The translations under genes and the position numbers were made by a program. DNA of 64,000 nucleotides from the human T2T-CHM13v2.0 reference genome, Homo sapiens, in the NCBI RefSeq assembly GCF_009914755.1, contig NC_060944.1; one strand, written 5' to 3'. The notes beneath the pieces were generated by a model. It worked only from the letters and a program-made list of their open reading frames with translations. It made no database searches and had not been told where the DNA came from. Shown piece by piece: positions 28,396 to 40,362 of the stretch (positions are counted from its first letter, which is position 1; every line of letters begins with the position of its first letter).

Positions 28396-29479
28396 TCTCT
28401 ATTTTTTTTAAATACTTTTTTTGTTGTTGTTCCTTGTGCTTGTATATTTGACAATTTTTAATATAAGGAATGCTTTCCTATATCATATTTTCTTCAGGCA
28501 ATATTTTTTGCTAAAGATCTGTTAGTGAAAATTGCTCAAATGGTAACTTTTTCAAATCTTTGTGGCAGAAATGGAAATCTTTGTGGGAAAAATGGATTTG
28601 AGCCATAGGGCATGTTTGAAGTAACTTTCTCCTCTTCTGCATTTGATGTCATGCTTGAGGCTATTGTGTACCAAACTACTTCCACTATTTCCACATCTAG
28701 AAAATGCCTATTACATGATTAAGTCTGATAAAACATGGTTCTTTCTTGATCCATAAAACTTACGGTTCTCAAAAGAGGAACCCTTACAAAGAGAGCAAGT
28801 GAGGGCCCCCCAAAGACTGACTAGCCATCAACATAAATATAGTTTCCATTTCAGCACAACCAGTTGAAGGATCATGTGCCAGCTCAGGAAAGTTTGGTCA
28901 CCCCTCTCCCCAGAAGTATGTGTGGAGTTCCTAGCAGGGAACCAAGAGCAGTAACAGTCACTGGCATCAGGAAGCAAGCTACCTTCTCCCACTTTGCCCA
29001 CTGGGTAAGGTACTAATTACTAGAATTAGGGCACTGAGATCTTAGGATAGTGGATCCTGCAAAAAGGTTCCCTAAAACATTCTTGGAAAGAAGAAGGTGC
29101 TATTGGTGACAGCCCATCCATGAGGCATGCTCCCTAAGGTATGTCTACACCTTCAGTTTTACAGGTAGACCATACTGACTAGTCGTGGGGTGGAAGGCAT
29201 GAGGCTGTAGACCCCTTTGGGAGTCCCATCAAAGGCAGGTTCATTTCCCATTTCCTGGTTCTGACACTGAATTCTTCCCACACCTCCTCATACTTCCTTT
29301 TCTCACCTTAGCCTTAAGTTACATTGGCAGTGAGGGTTAAATGTTCAGAGTTGCCCGAAGTTTCTCCATGGTCAAAGCTGGGCCCTTCTAGGTTCAGGGT
29401 GCTTTTCGCTGGAAAACCCCTGCCCAGATGGTTTGCAACCTCCATAACAGAGTCAGGGAATGCAAAGAGCTGAATGAAC

Positions 29480-29985
29480 CGGGTTTGATTCTCAGCTCGT
29501 TCTCTGACTGTATGATGTTACCTCTCCGTGCCTCAATTTTCTCATCTGTAAAGTGGGAATCATAGCACATACCTTTTCAGGCTGTTGTGAGGATGCTAAG
29601 CATTCACATAGGTAACAGTGCCCAGCACAGTGCCTGGTGTTCAATAGCTGGTGGTTATGATGGTTAGTAAAATCCCCATGCTTCATGTTGGACTCTGAAT
29701 TCCGTGCTTTGCAAACATTGGCTTTGTTTTGTGCCAGAACATCAGGCATGCCACAAGCATGTACATGAGAGGTCGGATTCTGGAGCCAGCGGGGTTAGAT
29801 TTCCACCTCTGCCACTTCCTTGCTTGGTGAACCTTGCCTTGGTGACAAAAACCACTCTGTGCCTCAGTTTCCTCATCTGTAAATTGCATCTAAAAATATT
29901 ACCTCCCAGGTTGCTGAGGTGCTTGGATGAGATAATGCAAGTAAAGATCACAGTGCCCAGCGTTCAGCCAGTATTGGTTTGTAGA
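29480..29985 (+). mobile_element. Two adjacent MIRs
   Basis: Two copies of the gcctcagtttcctcatctgtaaa core. Confidence 0.8.
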
Positions 29986-32332
29986 CCAGTATATATGTAT
30001 TAGATATGTATTAGAAATACATACATTATGTATAACTTTTCCAACATGTGGAAACGGATTCATTAATAGGAATGTAGAGGACAAATTCATATATTTAGCT
30101 AACCAGCACTAGTTGGGCATCTACTGTGTACTGGGTAACAGCTGACTCCCAGGGGCCCTAAACCAGAAGCTGAATAAGGACTGTCAGCCCAGACCCTCAG
30201 TGCTCCCTGCAGGGGTGATAAGCTGACCATGCTGTGTAGGACTTATGTAGCGAAAGCCAAATGCCCGGGGCAGGTGGGGTCGGGGCAGCTTCATGTGAAG
30301 CTTTTCAAAGCCCGGATTCCAAAGGGCTTCCTGTTTTCTCAACCTAGGAAGTGAGAGGAGGGGATCCTTAATGAAAACTTTCCACAGCCTCAGCTTTCTA
30401 AAATTAGCTGGTAGGCAGAGACGCTGGCACCAAGGCCCTCTCGAAGGGCTGTTTCCCTTCTCAGAACACAGGGCTGGGGCAGGGGATGGGAAGTAGGGAA
30501 ACTTTTCAAACAGGCAGAAGCATGTTTCCCTCTTCTTGGATGGAAATGGTCCTGCTGATGGAAATGGTCCTGCTTTCTGGGAGTTACTTTCAGATAGAAG
30601 TGAAGAGTTGCATCTGGAAAATTCAGTGACCCTATGCACTTAGACCTTCTTGCTATTGGGGGTGGTGAAGTGGCCCTGAGTTCAACTGCCGCCCAAACCT
30701 CTCTGGGTAGGAACCTCCTCTTTCTGAAATGTCGGCACTTGTTCCCCTGACTGCCAACAAGGAGAAAGTTCTAGAACAGAAATGCCGGCTAGGTGGTGGT
30801 GACAGAGTAGAGCCACACTGGGCTTTAAGTTCTGAGAGGGGGGTCTCTGCTCAACCACTTCATGCAGGGTCCACAGGTCCCACATTTGCAGACTCGAGTA
30901 CCAGGGTGCAGGGGAACCCCAGTGCCCTTTCACCATGCCATTTCTCCTGGTCTCTGTCTGTCCCCTCCTCTTGTCTCACCTTCCTCACGCTGCTCCTCTG
31001 GGTAGCATCATGTTTTCCCCAGTCTAACACTTTTCCTTTTCGCTCATGTTACCCAAGGCTCAAACAGCCTCCTTGGCAAAGCCCCCCTTGGTGGCCACCC
31101 CCAGCCCAGTCGCACTCCTGTCTCCTCACTATCCCCTGCTGCGCTGATGCTCTCCTTCCCCCCATATCCCTTAGATGATGCCTTGGTGCATGGGAAGTAC
31201 TCAATAACATTTATTTATGAACAGAACACAGAAGCTTAGAAAGGGATTGGGAAACTTCAGGTCACAGTCAGGATTGTCCTCCCCAAGTCGGCCTCTGAGG
31301 TTTGGGTGCTGAACCACTCTCCTGTATTATTGCCATCAACATTTTATTCCTCCAATAATCTACCCTAGGCCAGCAACTGTACCTCTCCTCCTACCTGTTC
31401 CCAAATGGGGCCACGTGCAGTGTTCTGCCTCTTCCTGGAAGCCGCCCCACATTCCTGCCATGGTGCCCTCACTCGCTCCAAAAGCAAGTACTGAATTTCC
31501 AAGTAGCCCCACTCGTGCATGGCACCATGCACACAGCAGGTGCTTAATGCCTGCATTAGCCCACCCCAAAGACCCTGCACCATCAGTCTAGGTCCCTTGG
31601 TTTAAGGAAGCTGATTTTCATGCGATTGACAAATGGGTTGCTGATCTGTTACTTGTTTGGAGTCTTTCTCTCTATGAAAGAATACGAGCCATTCACATTT
31701 CCTGAGAGCTGTGTGCCAGGCCCTATACAGTGCCAGGGACTATTATTTAATTCTCACACTGCTCCTAGGTAACGTCATCATCCCCATTTTATAGATGGGG
31801 AAATAGAGACAGGCAGACCAATACTCTCCCTAGCAGGTGACAGGGGATTGGGATTTGAACTCAGAGCCTATTTAATTAACTTGTACGGTATTGATCCTCT
31901 TTCTTTTGGGGATCCCAGAATCCTCTGTGTCATTTGCGTGAAGTCAGGGGACGGCTATGGCAGACTCTGCTTAGCCAGCAGAGAGAGGCCGTGTGACAAA
32001 GGCAAGTGCTCTGCTGGAGAAAGTGTCCCTTTCTCAGAACACAATTGAGGCCAGCAGTTGTGAGTCTGCCATGGTGCTCTTGGCCTGTGCTCATCCTTAG
32101 ACAGAGGTGCCCTAAAAGACTGATGGAGAATGATCTCAGGGTGACTACTAAGCCTGCAACTGGAAAGGAAAAAGTGAACCGATCTTAAGTATGTAAAAAT
32201 TACGCACAAAACATGCTGTAACATTTTCAGTATATATGACAAAGTCATTTATATATAAAGAGGTGTTTCAACTCAGTAAGAAGGATATTAATATTCTAAT
32301 AAAAATGGCTATAGACACAAAATGATGATATA

Positions 32333-32536
32333 CCAGGGGTCAACAAACTTCTCCTGGAAAGGGCCAGGTAATATTTTCAGCTTTGTGGGCTCTTTCTCAC
32401 TAAGCACTGCCAGTGTAGCATAAAAGCTGCCATAGACAGTACGCAAATGGGCACAGATGTGTTCCAATAAAACTTCATTTGCCAAAACAGGCTGGGGGCC
32501 AGGATTGACCCAAGAGCTGTAGTTTGTCAGCTCCTA
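32333..32536 (+). mobile_element. MER58A-like DNA transposon, followed by (TA)n at 32538-32559
   Basis: caggggtcaacaaact...aagggccagg...gttccaataaaact...gtagtttgtcagctcct. Confidence 0.8.
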
Positions 32537-33392
32537 GTATATATATATATATATATATAAGCTAATGGCAAAGAAGAAAAAGCAGGGTGTTCTCTTTGCC
32601 TGCTTTTTGAGGGTGGCAATCTGGGGAAGCCAGTGCCTCTTACTGGATTTCTAAAAGCTAAAACTGACTTCTGTTAGTATCCCATTCTGCACTAGGAATT
32701 TTCTGTTTTGCTAAAAGGCCCAGACACCTGCATGTACTTTCTCCTCCTTCCTTTATCAGAGCTCAGAGGTTCCCAAACTTCAGTTTGCAGCAGGATGGCT
32801 GCTCAGGATTACATGGGGAAAACAACCCAGAGGTATTAATACTTCAGGTGCAATTTAAAGGACTTTCAAGGGTGAATTTCACTCACTCTAGGCCCTTTCC
32901 CTTTGACTGCTGACTTTGGAACTGAATCCCCTGAGAAAGCAGCAACAGGAAGGAACGGATAGGCTGGGTCCTGCTTCTCGCTCAAACCTCAAGCATGTTT
33001 TCCAAAATCTGGTGAGACCACGTGAGTGCCCACGAGAGCCTGGGCCCAGCCACAAAGGCCATGGCCAGAAAGACACTCCTCAAGCTTGGATGGGAATCAA
33101 GAGGGCTGCATTCTCCAGGCCAAATCAAAGAATCTGAGAGCCAAGAGGGGGCCCAAGGCACCACCCCCCAGTCACTACTGACTATTTCCTCTGCCTTGCA
33201 GTGCCTTGCTGAATTCACTCCCACGACCCCTCCATGCTTGGGTCAGGATGCATGAACCTGAAAGCACATGAAGTCCTCTCTGGGATCTTCTGCCTTTGGT
33301 CCTAACTGTTCTCAGGGGGAAGCGACTCTGAAGGCCAAGAGGTAAGTTTCCTAAGCAACCGGGCCTGCTGGTCTTGAGCCCTCCCCTGTGCC

Positions 33393-33662
33393 TTTTTTTT
33401 TGAGTCTCCCTCCGTCACACAGGCTGGAGTGCAGTGGCGCCATCTCGGCTCATCTCCGCCTCCAGGTTCAAGCGATTCTCCTGCCTCAACCTCCTAAGTA
33501 GCGTAGCTGGGATTACAGGAACCTGCCACCATGCCCGGCTAATTTTTGTATTTTTAGTAGTGACGGGGTTTCACCATGTTGGCCAGGCTGGTCTCGAACT
33601 CCTGACCTTGCCTCGGCCTCCCAAAGTGCTGGGATTACAGGCGTGAGCCACCATGCCCAGCC
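33393..33662 (-). mobile_element. AluS
   Basis: Reverse Alu with a small deletion. Confidence 0.92.
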
Positions 33663-35123
33663 CTTCCCCTCTGACTTCTTCTGTCTCAAAACTGAAAAGG
33701 CCTGTTACTTGAAACAGAGCTCTCCCCGACCTCTGCTTTACACTTACTAAGTAACTTCCCAGTGTTCATCTTCTCCAGGGAAACCTGGCCGTACTTGAGT
33801 GAGGCTCAGTGAAAAGAACATAAAACCCTCAATAGGACCCTCAATAGGACTGTAGCCCAGAGCTGTGGGTGGGGTCTGAAGAGTGATGGTGGAACAGCAG
33901 TAAATCCCCTCCCAGGCCACGCTGGTCAGAGTCAGCCACAGGCCTGAGCCGCTGGCTTGCCAAAGTCCCCAAGCCCAAGACACACATTAAAAAGGCATCG
34001 CCCTTCGACAAGTTCCCTGGGGGGCTTACAACCTCAGCACTGATATTTTACTTGCATTTTTATCCTCGGATGCAAAGTCCTGAGGACACTCCTGAGGGAC
34101 TCCCCAGGAGCCGATTCCTCAGATGCAAAAAGTCCTGAGGAGGGACAGTGGCAGATGGCTGGAGAATGTGCTCCTCCCCCCAGGGCTTCCTTCTGCCATA
34201 GGGAAGTAGGGGTTCATCTCAGCAGGCCCCATCCTCTGGCAATCATGCTTCTCAAGCGTCAGCTCCCCTGGGTGTACTAATATAAACTCTAAGATGGGCT
34301 GGGCACTGTGTGTGCTGGTTTATTCCGATTAGAATATGGAGAAGATTAAATAACAGCAACAGCATCTAAGAAGCTGAGGCACAGAGAGGTAATGCAACCT
34401 TCCTTCCTCAATGTCTCATCTGGACTTCACACCCCAGGGCCTCCTGAAACCTGCACGATAAGGTCTTCTTAGCGGCCAGGCTCCTCTGTGGAGGCCCATC
34501 GAGGTGGATCTGCTGGGTGAGGGGCTCAGCCGAGCACCCTGGGAAACTCAGTTCAAGGGGCTGATTTCAAATCCAGAAACCAAGTAGCAGAATCCTGCGA
34601 CTTCAAAAGCCACAACAAGGAAGCCCCCCGGGAGGAGCTGAAACCTTGAGTGGAGGGAATCAGGATTGGAAATGACCTAAGCACAGGGCGGGGCTTCCTC
34701 AGTGGCTTCTTAGGTAGGTTTTCGGACCTCCCTGCCCACTCTGCTGTTCCCCAGTGCCGGACACCCACCACGGATGGAGAGCCTCATTTAACTGGACACC
34801 CACAACAAAGTGTGCAAAACCAAAAAGGAGCAGGCTCCAAAGACGTTGCTGCATTTTTCCACGCAGGCCAGCCCTGGAATCGGGGAGCATGCAAGTTAAT
34901 GGGGCCTCATCCCCCCTTCTCCCGCCCAACCCTGAGATTCTCAGGGAGGTCCCCAGGAGTGTCCACTTCAGGAGTGGAGGGGTCTAGCCCTTAAGAGCAG
35001 GAGAATGAGAAGAGAGGGCCTTCAGCCTGTCAAGTTTTCTTATACTTTACTTAAAAAAAAAAAATTCAAGTTAAGGAAACACACAGCTGGAAAACAAAAG
35101 GAGAAGCAGAAGATATCGATTAC

Positions 35124-35211
35124 CTTTAACTTTGATTTCTCGGATCAAAGATCACAGTCATTCTGTTTCATAATATGTTTTGTATCCAGCTAAGGTGTGT
35201 GTCTATCAGCT
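35124..35211 (-). other. NFATC2: NFATC2 88-nt cassette exon (44 nt coding + 44 nt 3' UTR)
   Basis: Acceptor AG at 35213-35212 and donor AAG|gtaatc at 35124/35123. Confidence 0.92.
35168..35211 (-). CDS. NFATC2: NFATC2 cassette exon, coding part (isoform B C-terminus)
   Basis: ctttttcag|AG CTG ATA GAC ACA CAC CTT AGC TGG ATA CAA AAC ATA TTA TGA = (E)LIDTHLSWIQNIL*, the recognised NFAT1 isoform B tail. Same phase-1 acceptor as the terminal exon. Too short to appear in the ORF track. Confidence 0.96.
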
Positions 35212-37495
35212 CTGAAAAAGATTTGCAAAATCATTTTTGAGAAGAAAAAAAAAAATCACCTTTGATCTCTCTTACGCTTCCAACTCATGCCGATATCATC
35301 CAAGCCCAGGAGGGAACTTAACCCTTTGGCTCTAGTTTAAGCCAGAATTCTGCAACATCTTAGCATTTGTGCCAGAATTAACCCAACACTAGGGTAATAA
35401 TCATGGAGATGAGGGACTCTGTGCAAAGTGCATTACATTATGTGGGGTGTGGGATCAGGGGAGCGTGTTCAGGGTGGACAAAAGGGCTGCTGTGGGTATG
35501 TGATGGGGTTTCAAATCATGGCCAACTACAAAGAGAAAATTAAGCTGGTTTCTGCTGCAGTCAAAGGAAAATCAGAATTTCATTAAAGATCTACTCAACT
35601 GTTATCTTCCTTCAGGCATCTACAGATACTAAACTGGGCCCCAGTTTCCTTCTTACTAGTGATATCACCTCAGTGGTCAGGGAAATTCATAAAACTGCAC
35701 ATTTTCTTCCTGTTTTTTGTCAACAATGGAAAAAAAAGCTCCTGCCCTATCAGAACAACGAAGGCACTTGAATGAGACCTGGGGAGTCTATTGTAAATAA
35801 TACTCCTCTCTACATGTGTACAATGCCTGTGGCTTTCAAAACACCTGTCTTCCCAATCCCCTTTGGCCGAATTGGAATACCCAAGTCCATTCCAAATGCC
35901 TGATTTAGAAATGTTTTCTGAGTCCAATTTCTTACAGGGAATAATGCAGCGTTATTAGAAATGTCAAGTAAACTAGGATGCTTTTTCAAATAGAGGCATA
36001 AGCTCCCTGAAATCTCATCTTCAAGGGAGACAGAATGCTCAATAAATGAGATCCTTTCAGCGCTTATGCAGTTAGAGGCCTGGATTTCCCAATGTTGGGC
36101 TCCAACAGGAATTGGCTAGTTGGGGTTGGCTACTGCTGCCCTGGGGCAAAAGAAGCACTTCATCTCTCCTCCTTTTCTGACCATGCATCTCAGGCCATCT
36201 CCCAAAGCAAACATTTCCAGGTGGATGTGGCCCTAAGGCAGCTCCCACACTAAACTGCCCAGTCTCCACTTGAAACTGACTTCTTCCAAGTCCAAGAGCA
36301 GACAGTACTGTCGGATAATTCACTCAGGGCCTTAAAATACCACCTCTATCCTGACGATGGCCACATTAATGTTTTTAACCCAGACCATCACTCCTGAATT
36401 TCAGATTGCAATATCTACCTGCCCAAACTTCACAGGGCCAAAACCAATCTCTGGATCCTCACCCCTCCTCCCCGTGTCTCACCTGTTCCCATGATGGGAA
36501 ACACACATTCTCTCTTTCCAGTTGTTCAGGCCAACCTGTGTGTTCCCTGACTCCTTGTTCACAGCCCACATCCCACCCACCCATACATGCTTCTGGATTT
36601 ACCCCAGGTAGCCAGAAACCAACAACCTCCACTGCCACCCCGGCCCTACAGCAAGGTGATCCTGTTGGAACTGATGTTAGAGCACGCCACTCCCTGTTTT
36701 GCTCAGCTGACAGCTCTAAAGTTCTGTAATGACCAACACGTTGTCACTTTATCCATATCTACTCATTTAAGGAGCACTTCAGTGGATCTCAGGCATCAGG
36801 CACAGGTCTGAAGTCACACCCTTGGAGGAGTCGTTCGAATCTAGTTGGAACCCCAGGGACCAGGTTCTTCAGACCATCCACCCAGAACACGAGTTCTCTC
36901 TCCAAACCTTCAAACACCAAACCACATGGTGCCCAGTGTTAATATGGGGGGTGGGGGGGCACAATGGCGCTATCTCAGGGGACTCGAGAAACCAAGCCCT
37001 GTTCTGTCACCTTCTCAGAGAAATAGAAAGCATCACATGATGGCTCCGTCTGCAGCATTCGGAGGTGCAGCTTCCTGTTTAGTCATAGAGTTTCACTCTT
37101 TGTCAGCTTCTTTGTGGAAGACAGAGGCAGGGCCTGTCTTCATTCAACTGAGGCCCGAAATCAACTCGGGACCAGGCCACCGCCAAACACCCTCCTCCGC
37201 AGGTGGCTACTCGCTCTGCCTTCCTTCATCCTCACAGACATCTCCGGGGGTGGTGGTGAGAGTTCCATTTCTCAGGTCAAGTTAGTAAGGCAGAGAAAGA
37301 TGGGGCGACTTGTCCAGGAACAGCCTCCTAGCATTGGGTAGAGACCAGATGTGGCCCCAGCTCTATGGGTACTAGTCCTGGGCTAGGGTTTCCCCAATTT
37401 GAAAGATCTTCTGGCTGCCCTGGGGCCTCTGTTAAAATGTAGACTCACATCAGAAGCTGTTGGAACATAAGCACTTCAACAGTGCCTCTGCCTCA

Positions 37496-37840
<345 letters not shown>

Positions 37841-38131
37841 CTATAGCTGGCTCATTGGCATGTGTTTATTAAGCCCACAATATGGTCCCCTAAAGAAGAT
37901 GGAAGAGAAAGAGACAAAGACCAGTCTAAAAGAGGCCACTCCAATAACCAAGGATACCATTCTGTTTCCCTACATATTTAAATGGGAGGTAAGTCCATTG
38001 ATCCACGTGAATGTGCTGGTCAGTTGTCAGTAATATGGAGATGCGGACGTCAAGAGAAAAGGCAGTATTTAGACTTACTACATGGTCCCTAAGTGTCATC
38101 TACAAATCCTCCCAAAGACACAGGGGTACCT

Positions 38132-38165
38132 CAAAAACCACAATTACTTTTGCGCCAACCTAATA
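38132..38165 (+). mobile_element. Half MADE1 / solo Hsmar1 terminal inverted repeat
   Basis: CAAAAACCACAATTACTTTTGCGCCAACCTAATA matches the Hsmar1 TIR plus a TA target site. Confidence 0.85.
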
Positions 38166-39967
38166 CAAGGTTACAGCCTAAGACCTATACAGTGGCCTTG
38201 CATTTTTACCCCAGGCATAAACTGGTGAGTCATCCCACTGATCCTATGGACTAGATGATAATTTAAGATGTAAATTAGAAGTGGTTCACTGATGAGCTTA
38301 ATCAATGGTGATAATTTTCATAAAAACACAAGCCATTACAGACAAAAGTACAGACCCAAGAATCTGTCTCCTTGACAAATATACAACTAGCTTCCCAGAC
38401 TTCTGAGCTCACAGGCATGCACGTTTGAATGGGATGGAATTTAAGGGAAACCCTGCGTGCATCTCCGTGGTGGAACCAATGGGAATCAGGCACTGGTCTA
38501 AGGGACGTCCAGTTTTGTGTTTCTACAATGCAAGTCAGATGTCCCCTCCTAGCCAGTGTAGAATATGCTACCATCATCTCCATTGTCTGCTTTTTTGCAA
38601 TGATTGCACATCAACTTACAATCTACGGAGAAACAATTGGTGACTTTCTCAACTAAGCTGCCCGACAAGGAAGGACTAACCAACTGTGTAAACTCAGACC
38701 TGAACTGCCCATTTCTATTCTCCAATTCAGCAGAATTTCTTCTGATTACATGCAACTAAGCTGCACCTCTCCTATCAAGCAACCACACGGCTTCTAAAGT
38801 AGCAACCACAGGCAGGAAAGCATTCTAAACAAACCACAGTTTACTTCCTTGTCCTTCAGCCAGTTCATCACCACCTCGGCCCCAACCCTCTGCTAAGAAA
38901 CATCAGCCAACAGCACAAGCCCTGCAAAATAACTTGCTGCCTTTGGAAAAAAAAAAAAGGCAAAAGAAAAGCACTTGTTACTATATTGAATTGAGACATA
39001 GGAAACAAACAGTAATTCAAACCCACAAATCAGCCTGTGATCACAAATGAGATAATAAAATAAATACCTGAGTTTTGGGGAAGACATATACCATAAACCC
39101 CCTCTGGGGGTTAGAGGAATTAACCAAACATTTCTTTTAAGACATTTGAGTATATGCCTCTTTGCTTATCCAAGAGAGATGGAATTGTAAGCAGGTCAGA
39201 CACTCCCAGGTGGATTAGCAGGTGGGAGCAGTAAGAAAGATTTCCACCCTAACTTGCTTTGCTCATGTCACAGAATCATGCAAAACCTCCCCCTCTTCTG
39301 GGAGAAGGGGCAAAACCCCTGGCCTGGCTTCATAAAGATATTTCTTCAAATACCAACATGGCCCCTGATTCTTAGAAAGAATTCACTGGATATTTATTGA
39401 ATTTCCAGTCCAGTCTCCATCTCGCCCTCCCATAAGTTCACCTTCCAGATCATTCTATGTTTACCCACATATGCCAGGACCAGCTCACAGCACAGGCCCA
39501 ACATGGGACACACCTCCCCCCAACACATCCACATTCTCCCGAAGCCCAACTCAAGCGCACGTCCTGGAAGCAGAGGCATCCCTGGCCATGTCACAGTTTC
39601 TTCCACAAACCTTTGGATCTATCTTTTGTATTTTAAGTCTTGGATTTCCCATAAGAGATGTCAACCATACTCCCTCCATACCTTCCAGATTCACAGGCAA
39701 GAGAAGCCACTAGGCTGCCTGCAAAGAAATTTCTCAAGATCTGAGTAGGGACCAGGCTCTGTCTTAAATTTCTCCAAGTGAGATCCACATGCGTGGCCCT
39801 TGCACGTACTGCTATCATCTCAAAGGCCACCTGGAGTGACCAGCAAGGACTGTATTCATGGGTGACACTGCACCAGGTGTTCCTAAAAGACAGTAGTTCC
39901 CAGAACAGGCAGACAGAACCTTCACTCCTGATTCACCCCTTGATCAAACCTTTCACCTATACAGTCC

Positions 39968-40362
39968 CTGCTACACACTAAGTTATGCCCCCACCACACC
40001 AGCCAAATTCCTATATTGAAGCCCTAAACCACTCTGTGATGGTATTTGGAGATGGGGCCTTTGGGAGATAATTAGGACTTGGTGCAGTCATGAAGGTGGG
40101 GCCCTCGTGATGGAATTAGTGGCCTAAGAAGACGGGCCACCAGAGGTCAGTCTCATTGTCTCACAGGAGAACACAATGGGAGAAAAGGTGACTGTCTGCA
40201 AGCCAGGACCTAAGCAGGTCCTCTCCAGAACCTGATCTTGACAGGATTCTCCAGAATCCTGGTCTTGGATTGCTAGCCTCTAGAATTGTGAGAAGATAAA
40301 TTTCTGTTGTTTAAGCCACTAAGTCTATGATATTTTGTTATGTGGCCCGAGCTGACTGACAC
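39968..40362 (+). mobile_element. MLT1A-like solo LTR
   Basis: tattgaagccctaa...gtatttggagatggggcctttggg...ataaatttctgttgtttaagcca...gctgactgacaca. Confidence 0.85.

Larger units (their letters stand above)
28038..35123 (-). other. NFATC2: NFATC2 last intron
   Basis: GT at 35123 to AG at 28038, between the two exons. Confidence 0.9.

Noticed and set aside
35126-35171. Tiny ORFs after the cassette stop (MKQNDCDL*, MTVIFDPRNQS*)
   Set aside because: Only 8-11 codons long, expected by chance, and with no readthrough-favouring context.
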